From: a virus
Direction: 5' to 3' (one strand)
Length of the DNA: 64,000 bases
IMG/VR virus record: IMGVR_UViG_3300006737_000029
Coordinates: 8,126 to 72,125 of that record
The notes beneath the pieces are model-generated. The model had not been told where the DNA came from. It saw only the letters and a list, made by a program, of their open reading frames with translations, and did no database searches. Every line of letters begins with the position of its first letter. Position 1 is the stretch's first letter. The position numbers and the translations under genes are program-made. Shown here one piece after another: positions 19,109-29,800 of this stretch.

Positions 19109-19599
19109 CTAACTGCTAGATAATTTTGTGGCAAAAGTCCTTCAGATATAAACTTGATGATTAAATCCTCATATGTTATATCTAATTGTTTCAATGACAT
19201 TTTGTTAATGAACTTGTCATCAGTATTATTAACATCTTCATTAAGGAAGTGTTTAGCTAAAGGACTATGGTCAAATATTTTAAATATTTCATTGGCTCTC
19301 TTGTTACATATAACTTGTTTCCAAGAATTTATAACTTGTTGTGAGCGTCTCCATACTCTCTTTATCCTTCTCTTTTTATCCCAGTGCATTTTTTCTAATT
19401 CATCTGCTGTGTAGACATTTAAACCGTGTAGCACTCTTTTAAAAAGGAAGTGTTGTCTTTGTGACAACTGGCTGTATACTATTTGTTGTGTAAGATCTTT
19501 TGTTAATGTTTGATATTCACTCAGTATACCTAGGTAACTTAATTTATTTACTAATCTCTGTTGGTTCAGCGTAGCTAGCTGATCTTTGGTTAATTGCAT
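19105..19599 (-). CDS. hypothetical protein
   Basis: 164-aa basic ORF. Confidence 0.7.
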   Translation of the reverse strand: MQLTKDQLATLNQQRLVNKLSYLGILSEYQTLTKDLTQQIVYSQLSQRQHFLFKRVLHGLNVYTADELEKMHWDKKRRIKRVWRRSQQVINSWKQVICNKRANEIFKIFDHSPLAKHFLNEDVNNTDDKFINKMSLKQLDITYEDLIIKFISEGLLPQNYLAVR

Positions 19600-19636
19600 T
19601 TTATTATTTTATTTAAATTATTACTATACTAGATAT

Positions 19637-19680
19637 AAAAAAGAAAGAGAGTAACCAGGTTATGACAACTGATTACTCTC
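19637..19680 (-). terminator. intrinsic terminator
   Basis: GAGAGTAA...TTACTCTC stem followed on the minus strand by a T-rich tract. Confidence 0.6.
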
Positions 19681-19722
19681 AATCTATAGTAGCTATGTTA
19701 TAGGTTAGCTAAGCCTTAGTTC

Positions 19723-20430
19723 TCAAAGTGTGAAAACATTTGGATCATCTTCTGATGTTAATACGATCTCTTCTTGTTCAGATACCATATCATCTATGAT
19801 GTCTTCTTTAAAAGTATCATTAGCAATTTCAGTAGCTACATCTTCTACTGTCTTCTCATCAGTCTCATCCTCATCTGGATCAGCTGGTGTATTTAATACT
19901 TCAGCTTCAACTTCAGCAATGGCATCCTCTAAATCAATTTGATTCTCATCTACCTCATCTTCAGTTTCTTCTGAGTCAGTAACTTTAACATTTTGTAAAT
20001 CTTCTAATGTTGATGCATTAGCTGCGTTAGCTTCTCTAATTGCTTGACCGTTGTTATGTGCAATTAAAGTATCTTCTAACATTCCTGTTGCATCATACTT
20101 AGTAACCCTGTATATTGGCTGTCCATCAAGACAACATACTATATCAGTCTTACCTGCCATCTTAAGGTTTCTTTCTTCACCATCAAATGACTCTTGTACA
20201 ACTATGTTACCTGGTAACTTCTTGTACTTCTTTATACCTGAAGCAATTAACTCTTCAGTCTTACCGTGGATTAATGTTGAAATTGTTTTTACGTTGATCC
20301 AACCATTACTAATCATGGTCTTCTCTTGTGTTAATCTAACGTGAGCATATTCTGCATTTCTTTTAGATACTCTGATTGTGTTACCCATGTCATCTTTGAC
20401 AATAGTAACTGGTTTGTTTTTAAAATTCAT
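19723..20430 (-). CDS. hypothetical protein with long acidic C-terminal tail
   Basis: Basic beta-rich N-domain; about 90-aa D/E-rich tail. Confidence 0.7.
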   Translation of the reverse strand: MNFKNKPVTIVKDDMGNTIRVSKRNAEYAHVRLTQEKTMISNGWINVKTISTLIHGKTEELIASGIKKYKKLPGNIVVQESFDGEERNLKMAGKTDIVCCLDGQPIYRVTKYDATGMLEDTLIAHNNGQAIREANAANASTLEDLQNVKVTDSEETEDEVDENQIDLEDAIAEVEAEVLNTPADPDEDETDEKTVEDVATEIANDTFKEDIIDDMVSEQEEIVLTSEDDPNVFTL

Positions 20431-20463
20431 TGGTTTTAATTTATTTAAACACTCTGTTAATTA

Positions 20464-20718
20464 TTATATGTCTTCTTTGCTTTGGTCATAATGTTCCCGT
20501 AACTTTTCTTCATCAGTAACATTGTGTAATGCATAAGGATCTTTTACCTTTGCTTGCTTTTTTGTTTTACTGGAGAATGGTTTGTACCATGGATTATTAA
20601 TTTCCATTAATTGTGAAGGACTAAGACACTCAAGGTCCCTCAACTCCTCATCAGTCATATCTAAATATGCTTCTGTGGATATTTCTATTGTGTGGCCGTT
20701 GGCTAGTTGGTATAACAT
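20464..20718 (-). CDS. hypothetical protein
   Basis: 84-aa ORF; TATTTTTG element at 20740-20747 upstream. Confidence 0.65.
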   Translation of the reverse strand: MLYQLANGHTIEISTEAYLDMTDEELRDLECLSPSQLMEINNPWYKPFSSKTKKQAKVKDPYALHNVTDEEKLREHYDQSKEDI

Positions 20719-20813
20719 TTTATTTTTATTTTTTATTCACAAAAATAATAATACTATGTCACGTAGTAACTAACCTTGACTCACAATTTTTAAAATTTAT
20801 AGTAGTATTATAG

Positions 20814-21305
20814 CTATCTCTCTTCCAGCTTCTGCATATTGCTGTATAATAAGCTTGATATAATACTATTTACAGGTAAAATATCTATATAATCTACTTG
20901 ATTATCACGTATTTTTAATTTTAAATCATCAGTAACACCGTATGATTCAACATTAAAGGTAGTATCATAGGAACAAAATGCTCCATATCCACTACTATCT
21001 TTTATTTTACCTAAGAATAATGTTTCATTATTAAGTTTAAATGCATAACCTTTATCAAGTAGTACATCTAACTCACCTAAATCTTTAATCTTCCAATCCT
21101 TTTTAATCTTATACAAGATAAAGTCTTGCTCATTAAGTATAAGAGGTTGAGGTTGATTAATAACTAAATGTAATATTAAGTTTATATATGACTCACCACT
21201 TTTTAACATTAAATTAGAAACATAGTCTTTAATGTGATCAGGTACGTTATTGTTTAATACCTGATCACATATTAGTTTCTTAATTACATCTTCATGAACT
21301 TCCAT
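20814..21305 (-). CDS. hypothetical protein
   Basis: 163-aa ORF coupled to the upstream gene. Confidence 0.65.
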   Translation of the reverse strand: MEVHEDVIKKLICDQVLNNNVPDHIKDYVSNLMLKSGESYINLILHLVINQPQPLILNEQDFILYKIKKDWKIKDLGELDVLLDKGYAFKLNNETLFLGKIKDSSGYGAFCSYDTTFNVESYGVTDDLKLKIRDNQVDYIDILPVNSIISSLLYSNMQKLEER

Positions 21306-21616
21306 TATACTGCTACCTCCTGTAATCTATCAACAATCATCTCTTTTGTTTCATCAGATGTATGATCAGCATTCATTATCTCACGAAATACTGCCAAGAC
21401 TGCTGCTAGTTTACCATTACTGGTTTGTATCATGTTCTCTAAAGATACTAATTCTTCTACTTGTCTAGATAATCTGTTCTCCATAGACTGTATAAGCTTT
21501 GGTAACTTAAGTTCTTTGTCTTCATTATATCCTTTGACTAATTTATCATGTAATTCAGTCATAGGTTTTATAGCTGGTGGCACTTGTGGCCCGTCTATAA
21601 GTTGGAATTCTTTCAT
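21305..21616 (-). CDS. hypothetical coiled-coil protein
   Basis: 103-aa heptad-rich ORF. Confidence 0.65.
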   Translation of the reverse strand: MKEFQLIDGPQVPPAIKPMTELHDKLVKGYNEDKELKLPKLIQSMENRLSRQVEELVSLENMIQTSNGKLAAVLAVFREIMNADHTSDETKEMIVDRLQEVAV

Positions 21617-22335
21617 AAATTTAAATCTTTTAGTGTTAAGTTAATTACATATGCATGTCTATCATAACATACATTCTCTGATTTTCCTGCTTTGTCTAAG
21701 ATTATACTTTGGTTTTCCTTCAAATGATTCAATATAAAAGAGGTAATCTTTGACATTCTTTTGACATCATCAATGTTATCCCAGTTATTCTTAAAATTTA
21801 TACCTGGCTTATTATACTTTATATCAATAGTAGTAGTAACATCACCCCATTCTTGTATTCTCATCTGAACATCAACAATATCAACATCCTTATGGTTGTA
21901 TTCATTGAACAATTTATATGGTAAGTTTAAAACTAAACCATTGCCAGTTACTACAATACTTGGAGTATTACCATACTTAGCATCAAACATAAGGATAAGA
22001 TCTTTTACCCACTTACCTCTTTTAGAATGGATGAAGTAACTTATATCAGTTATGTCTGTAACTTTGTTGTATCTCTGTACAACACTGTTCATATAATAAC
22101 TGTTTGCTACTGTAATATCATTAGTGTTTGACCATATATTTAATGTATTACCTTTAAATATATTTCTACCTCTAACAATGTTAGTTGGTTTCTTCATCCC
22201 ATGTTCCATGCTTGGGTTTACGTCTGTAGTCTTTGTTAGACTTGTGAGCTTTTGTTTTATACGGTTCATAACCGAGTTCAAGGTCCACTTTCCGTTTAAT
22301 ACTTCTCTTCTGTTGCTTAGATAATTTTCTTCCAT
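21613..22335 (-). CDS. hypothetical protein
   Basis: 240-aa ORF. Confidence 0.65.
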   Translation of the reverse strand: MEENYLSNRREVLNGKWTLNSVMNRIKQKLTSLTKTTDVNPSMEHGMKKPTNIVRGRNIFKGNTLNIWSNTNDITVANSYYMNSVVQRYNKVTDITDISYFIHSKRGKWVKDLILMFDAKYGNTPSIVVTGNGLVLNLPYKLFNEYNHKDVDIVDVQMRIQEWGDVTTTIDIKYNKPGINFKNNWDNIDDVKRMSKITSFILNHLKENQSIILDKAGKSENVCYDRHAYVINLTLKDLNL

Positions 22336-22475
22336 TTTTTTTCATTTTATTAATTTGCTATTTGATTAAACAATTGCTATATATACTAAGATAATTACGA
22401 ATAATAAATATATCATTGGTATAAGCCAAGTTATATGTTTTTTATACTTGTGTACAAGGTGCATTAATCTTTCCA

Positions 22476-22751
22476 TCATCTTATAATTGTTGTATCCTGT
22501 GTCTCAGGATTAATTTGATATTCTATTTCTTGGTAGTAATACAAAGATACATTGAATCTATTTGGATCAGATGGATGATATAATGTATCCATATGCCATC
22601 CAGTTCTTGTATCATCTTCATGATTTATTGTATCACTGCTTACTACTATGTGTGTGCACATACTTATAGTAAATACTAAACATATAAGTATTGCCCATGA
22701 TTTTGTTGATCTTGGTTTCATCTTATTTAATTTTTTAAAGGTGACTAACAT
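22476..22751 (-). CDS. putative membrane-anchored/exported small protein
   Basis: Basic N-terminus then hydrophobic WAILICLVFTISMCTHIVV; start probably at the second Met (22720). Confidence 0.55.
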   Translation of the reverse strand: MLVTFKKLNKMKPRSTKSWAILICLVFTISMCTHIVVSSDTINHEDDTRTGWHMDTLYHPSDPNRFNVSLYYYQEIEYQINPETQDTTIIR

Positions 22752-23220
22752 TATTCTTTTATGGGCACACGAACTCAGAACCTATTTACCCATTACGGTG
22801 GAGATTTAATTTTACCTGAGTTATTGTGTGTTATTCCCACCCTAGCCTAGACTAGGATTGACCTTAATATTTTTAATATTGCGGTTATGTATATGCTCAT
22901 CCTATAGAGAGAGAAGAGACTATATATGTTATTGTAGTACTATAGTGTAGTACTAGATAGTTTGTACCACTAATAACAGTCATGATAGCTATATTATTAA
23001 TATGTACTATGTAAACAGTCATGTGGTAAAAAGTGGAGAATAATGGTAAATGAGACCACATCCTCACACTTTTACACACATAAAATGTTTTTTTCCTAAC
23101 TTTTTCTTAGGTTTTCTTGGAATTGCAGGACAAATGACACAAATATCACAAGTAAGTATGCATGATAGTGATTTATCCTAGAAGAAACACCAACTCAAGT
23201 CAGTGTTTTCTCTCTGGAAC

Positions 23221-23628
23221 CTACGCAGTAGGTAGTCCAGCCCAGTAACAGTTAGTAACAGGCTTGGCTGTTTTACGGTTGATTACTGGTTTAGCTGGCG
23301 TTAAAGACCCATCTTCTTGTTCTTCAACAAGTACGTCTAGTGTGAAGGTGTCACCAACTTTAGGCAAGTCTTTAGGCTTGGCCTTTGTAACATCCATTGG
23401 TACAAAGTAGTTGTGACCGAAGTTTGGTAGAAGTGAGAAGCCTCTGGCTTTTATCTTCCCAAACTGCATTACAGTGTCACCGGTATTACTACCACGGTTG
23501 TCACGTAACTTAGTAACTCTTTCCACGTCAGCTGCTGTGCAATGATTTTCACAGAAGATGACTGCTTTCTTTGATTTAGCTACTGATTTGAAGTGTAGCT
23601 CTTTCTGAACTTTGATTAGATTTCCCAT
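23221..23628 (-). CDS. hypothetical protein (first gene of the leftward arm)
   Basis: 135-aa ORF, visibly higher GC than its neighbours, A-rich leader. Confidence 0.7.
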   Translation of the reverse strand: MGNLIKVQKELHFKSVAKSKKAVIFCENHCTAADVERVTKLRDNRGSNTGDTVMQFGKIKARGFSLLPNFGHNYFVPMDVTKAKPKDLPKVGDTFTLDVLVEEQEDGSLTPAKPVINRKTAKPVTNCYWAGLPTA

Positions 23629-23816
23629 TTTTGTTTAATTTTTAAGGGTTAATTACTCCCTGTCTCCACAGTATTCTTTACCGGGGTACAACAGGTTCAG
23701 AACAAAGTTGGGGAGCCGCAGTGTAGGACCCAACTAAATTGCCATGCACACAATTTTTATAATTACTGGATATGTGTTAAAGTGTAGGGGGGTTTGCTAG
23801 GAATATTTTTATTATT

Positions 23817-23828
23817 TTTGTATATTAT
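23817..23828 (+). promoter_or_regulatory. putative phage late-promoter motif TTTGTATATTAT
   Basis: The same 12-mer recurs upstream of several structural genes (40331, 46705, 52941; variant at 56018). Confidence 0.55.
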
Positions 23829-23845
23829 AGTATAGCATTTTTAAT

Positions 23846-26800
23846 ATGTCAAGAAAATTAAAAAATAAGAGTAAGAAAATATTACCAAAGGCTCAGTCAG
23901 GAAGATTTTTAATTGGGTCAAATTCTCCTAGGTTTGTGCCTCCTAAAATAAGACCTAATTTTGTTCGGTCACTTAGGAATTATTATCCTAACCTTGACAT
24001 TAGGGGAATAGGTACTCAACCTAATTTGTTTAGTGGAATTAATGAGTTAGGTATGCCTACAAGTAATTTTGCTAATCTTACAGATTATGAGAAAACAGCA
24101 TTAGGAAGATTCAACATAGGAGAATATCAACCAGTTGATTCTAGGTTTAATAATCTTGTACAAAACTACCAGCATCTTAATACTGATAAGAATCTAGCTA
24201 TAGACATGGCAAACATGGCGGTGGATTTTAGTCAAACTAGTCCTGGATCGTATTTTGAAGTATTAACAAAAGGAGAGCCGTCTTCTTTTATGTCTGAAAT
24301 ATTTAGAGATCCTAATATTAATGTTTTTAACGCAAGGAATCCAATAGTTAATGATGGAACGTATGATTATAATAATCCATATGCTGGAAATTTTAGAGAT
24401 AATTTTACAGGTGAATTTGAAAAGAATTTAAGGTCATATGGTAAGCATGGTTTTTATGCTAATCAGGTTCCATTATCAGGAGCAACTGAGATAGCTAATA
24501 GGTTTATGCCTGCAAATATGCAACTTAGACCCATTACAAGTTATGGTAAGGGTGATAATTATTTTGCAAACCAAATGAGTTTAGCACCTAAAGGAACATA
24601 TCCCTATAATATAACAACAAGACCAGGATATGACTACTTACAAGTAGGTAGTCCTGTAGCTGATTACATGGTAACTGGTTCAACAATGTATAACGTTGAC
24701 CCAATTAGTAACTTAGGTAAGTATAGAGGAAGAGGTGAAATGGATAATCAGCATAATTTCTTATTAGGTCGTACTAATAGTCCATCAATAATTTTATCAG
24801 GGGATCAAGGATTTGCAGGTATGCAGGGGGGAAATGATAAAAGAAGGTTGTGGAGTGGGATAGAAACGCCAGGGCGTGGAAAAAACGTACCAAACTTAAA
24901 TACAAACCTATCTCCTCTTTTAAGAGAGACATTTAATCTTAATACTCCGTTTCAAGGAACGTTTATGAAGTTTCCTTATATGAATACGTATGAAAGAACA
25001 ATAGACGGTAACATACCACGGACAGAAAGAATTGGGGCAGATGGAAAAGTAGAAGAAATATCCAGCTGGAACATTGATGATAGACATAAATCTTTTAATG
25101 ATTTAACATCTGATAATCGTATAGCATATAGAAAGAATTTTGATTGGCTAAGACCAATGAGTAGAGAAAATCATTTTTATCCTGGTACTTTTCTTAAACA
25201 AGACGGATCTCCGTTTAACGTAGACTTTGACTATACAAGAGGTGTACCAGCGAACCCAAAATTAGGACAAATAGATCAGTATATCCCAAGCTATTTTTTA
25301 GGATTTGATTGGGGTATGAAACCGAACTATGGTCTTCCTAATAAGTATAAGTATCTTGATGATTTTGATATTAAAAGTCTACCTAACTTAAGAGATAAAA
25401 AAGAAAAAGGCGGAGAGCTTCCAAAGGCGCAATTTGGTAAAGGTTTGTTTGGAAATTTATTTAAAAAACCAAATATAGGATTAAAAGGGGGTAAACAATA
25501 TGATTACGCTAATAAGAGATTTGTACAACCAAAAGCACTTGAAAATACAAATATATATAGAAAAACTGCTTCAGAAAGAACACATCCAGTTATTGGTGAT
25601 TATTCTTTTAGCAGTATGCAAGGTGAATATGATTGGTTACAAAATGCTAATCAAATGTCAGACAAGTTTGTTATAGCCAAGAATCCTATATATAATAATG
25701 ATGGACAGTTGATTTCTTATGATATGCCTAATTTAACTAATGATGGCTATCTGACATTAAATGATTTTTTTGATAGATCAGGTGATGAAAATTTTAAAAG
25801 CCTTTTTAAAACAGAAAAATCTATAGATGGTCTTTTACAAGACATAAATAAACAAGGATTATTTCATTTAGATATGCATTCTAATAATATTATGGTAAAA
25901 CCAGGTTTTGGTGGTAGTATATTAGATTATAAAATAATTGATCCTGTTGGGTTACCTCAAATAACCCGTGACATGGACTTCTCAACTTTTGCACCACTAG
26001 AATTTAATCAATTAAAATTAAATTTACATCCTACGTTTTATCCAGAAACAACACAATCTACAAGGTTTAATAATGTAATGGATTTCTATGGTGGTATAGA
26101 AAAAGACAGATACGGAACTATACTTCTTCCTAATGAAGCAAAATTTAATTCTAAAGGAGAGTGGAAAAAAGAAGGTGGACAATTACCAAAAGCTCAGATG
26201 GGTAGATTTAAATTTTCTCCTAAAGTTAGAAATAAAATGACTACGGATGGTAATCTGTTACCTGTTAAAAAGTTTGATAAACTAATAGCTAGAAATTTTA
26301 CAACTGGTGAACAACAGTATTTACAAAACCTTCTTTTATCTAATCCTAGTTTAGTACAAAATGGAAACATAAATCTTAATAATCTTGAACTAGCTGCAGA
26401 TAAAAGTGCAATGAGTTTTAAATTTCAAGATATAAATGATTTTGATACACGTATGGTTAATGGTGTTGAAGGTGTAAGATCTAGATGGACTGATGTAGGT
26501 TCTGTAGATCCAACATTCACTTATTTAACTGGTGATACACCTGATTTTGGACTTTACAGGTATCCAGAAATACTACCATCACAGTTTAGCTACTTAAATC
26601 AAAGTAATGTGCGTAGTCCTTACATGCAATTTAAAGGTGATCAAATTACTCCAACAAATTTCTCTATAGGAATGACTGGATTAAATAAACCATACTTAGA
26701 TAATCATCATGATGGGCTGCATATACTTGATCCAGGAGCTCATGGATGGATGAGGGGTTTTGTGGATAAAAGATTTCCTAACAGATATAATCTAAAAGAA

Positions 26801-29800
26801 CTTCAGACTGATATTAATAAAGATCCTATGTTTGATCTTTTAAAGTCTAAAAATATTTCTCAATTATCTGAACAAGTAGATAAATCAAAATTTAGAATAG
26901 GTAAAAATGAAAAGGAAATAGCAAGAACACAGAATGAATTACAACTTATTCAACAAAGAAAAAATGAAATATATGGGCGTGATGAATATACTGATGAACT
27001 TGCAGAATTAGAACGTTTAGAAGAAGGTTTAACTCAGTCGTTGGAACATCATATGAAGAATTATCCACTTGCTAAAAGAATCATGGCTAATAGTGATGGT
27101 GATATGAGTAATTTAATTCAACTATCAAGAATAGGATTTGATCCTTATGCTAGACTAAATAATGAAGCGTTTGCTTTCTTGCAGGATAAAGGTTTTAATG
27201 AAATTGTAATACCAAATGCTAAAACAATAGCTCAAATACAAGGATGGGATCCAGACTTACCTAATAGTTATAAAGGTACTTTAAATTATTATAATACATT
27301 ACAAAACAATTCTCAATTAACAAATACTGGTAATACTTTTGACTTAGATAACTATAGTGGTAATATATTTAATTTACAACGTACACAAAAACCGTTTGAA
27401 TTATTTAAAAAATATGGTGGTCAAACTTCAACATATTCTTTAGATACAAAACATAAAAATTATAAAAAAGGCGCAGAAATATATAAATATGGTGGTCAAA
27501 CTTATAGTATGGAAAAAGCACAAAATGGAAAAGAAACTAATACATATGATCAAGAATATGGTATGTTTGAAAATTGGCTTCAAGAGCAAGAAGCTAGTTG
27601 GGATTATATAAAAAATACTCCTTCTTCTGTATTAAAACCTGATGGTAAAACATATTATATGATGTATGAAGATAACAAATTCTACCCATATTATTTTAAA
27701 AACTCTGATGGTACAGTAGAAACTGAAGCTACAGTTGGTTTTGGAATGAAAGGTGCAGATGTGTATGAAACATATAAAGACGGAATGTCCCTAGAAGAGG
27801 CAGAAACAGGTAGAAAAAAAGATATTGACAATGCTTTAAGAAAAACTAAAATATTTATTGATGCTAACTACGGAGAAGGAGAATATGATAAATTAGATGC
27901 TAGAGAAAAGTTTATGCTAGCTGATTTTACTTATAATCTTGGAAAATTAAGTAAATATCCAAACTTTGCTGATGCAATAATGACTAATAATTTTGATAAA
28001 GCATTAGCAGAATATATCAGGAAAGATCAAGAAGGTGGAACAGAATTAGGTAGAAATGATGCTTATTTAAATACTTATTTACAACCTTGGATAAACAGTG
28101 AACAAGAAAAAATAGCAGAGGAAGCAGCTAATTTAGAAAGAATGAATAATTTAATGCAAGAACAACTTGTAATTCCAGCAGATAATACAATGGTAGGTCA
28201 AAACTCATTTGGTGGATGGAAAGCAGGGGGTGAAACAATTAAAAATAAAAAAATGAAAACAAAAGACTTAGATTATTTTAAAAATGGCGGTAGTTTAAAA
28301 AAAGCACAGAATGGATTTTCTGGTGCATCACTTCTTTCTAACCCAAATAATCAGCAAAGCTCTTTAATGAATAAAATGCAAAATATACTATATCAAAATC
28401 AAGTTGATCAGTATTATGAGCCATATGGAGGAAAAGAGGAGTATGAGAAAATGAGAAGATGGGCACAATATCAAGACGCATTAGCTAGTGGTAATGAATC
28501 AGTAATAAATGCATACAAATCATTATATCCTGAGTTTGAAAATATGTCATATGGTGATGCCTTTGCGTTATCTAGACAATCACAAGAATTTGCAAGTCCA
28601 GGAGCGTTTGGTTTAGAAGGTGAAACTAACACAATGTTTAAAATGCCTTACGGTGATGATGGAATGCCTAATTTTAGATGGAATAATCAAGTATATGGTG
28701 TTGAAGAGGGTGATGATAATATTTTTGATTGGAGAACTGGAGACCAAATTGATAATATGTTTGGTGATATAGATCAACAAATGAATATGGACTTTCTTAT
28801 AGCTAATCCTGATTTGACTAATGCAAACCCTGAAGATTATTATAACTATATGGTAGAATACTATAAGGATGATAAAGATAAGTCAAGGCTATTAAGAGAC
28901 ATAAAGAAAAATAATCCAAAAAATTATTTAAATATGTTATCTCCTTCTATGAATTCTGGATTATATAATGCATTACGTACTCAACAAGGACTAGATGCTA
29001 GTTTAGATCCATCTGGTTGGAATGATCCTGACGGTGACGAGATTGTTGAAGACTCTGATATTAAGAGTTTATATAATCCTGAGATTAATTATGTAGATAA
29101 TATAGGCGGAGGTGCTGGTTATACAAGCATGAGTGGTGACCATGGTTATGCTGCTTGGCAAAATGTTCCTTTATCTAACGTAGCTGGAGATTATCAGGAT
29201 ATGGGTACAAATCAACATGCTGTTGATTCATATTTAGCTTCTGATCAATTTAACTTAGGATCAGAGGCTGCAAAAAAATGGTTAGCTAATTATAATAAAG
29301 AAAATTTAGCAACCTTTAAAGAAGACTTTGGTAAAGCATGGTTTACTAATTCTGATCCAAACTCTGCATATCCAAGTCAAACTTTAAATAAAGAACAATA
29401 TAATAAGTTTTTAGAATATACACCTGGTCAAGAAGGTGAAGGCCGTAATGATCTTTTTGAAAATATATATAACGCAATGAATCACCAAATTGCTACAAAT
29501 AATATTGGTAATAACACACTTACTTTTAATAACCCAAATAATAATGAGGAAGATTTGTTAGACTTTGCTAATGGAGACATGTATGAATATCTTAAAGATA
29601 GAAGAATGGGATTGCTTAATGCTAAAGGAGATAGATTTAATGCAGGAAAAGCAAATTTGTGGGGACAAACAGTTCCTGTAACAAATGAAAGATCAAATCA
29701 ACCAACAAGTTTTTATGAAGCAAATGTAAGTAAACCGTGGAATAATGTTCTTAACTGGGCTAATGCTCCAACGGGTGCTCCACCATTATCAGGTTTAATA

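Noticed and set aside
2543-22324. Short plus-strand ORFs overlapping the leftward genes (e.g. 7197-7571, 8894-9232, 12987-13337, 20051-20344)
   Set aside because: They are antisense shadows of well-supported genes, with Ser/Leu/Phe-biased composition.
22897-23079. 60-aa minus-strand ORF in the switch region
   Set aside because: Low-complexity, palindrome-rich sequence with no convincing start context; more likely non-coding.
22752-23845. tRNA genes or a CRISPR mini-array in the large intergenic region
   Set aside because: No cloverleaf with a T-loop GTTC(G/A)A pattern and no regularly spaced direct repeats were found by eye; tRNAscan-SE would settle it.
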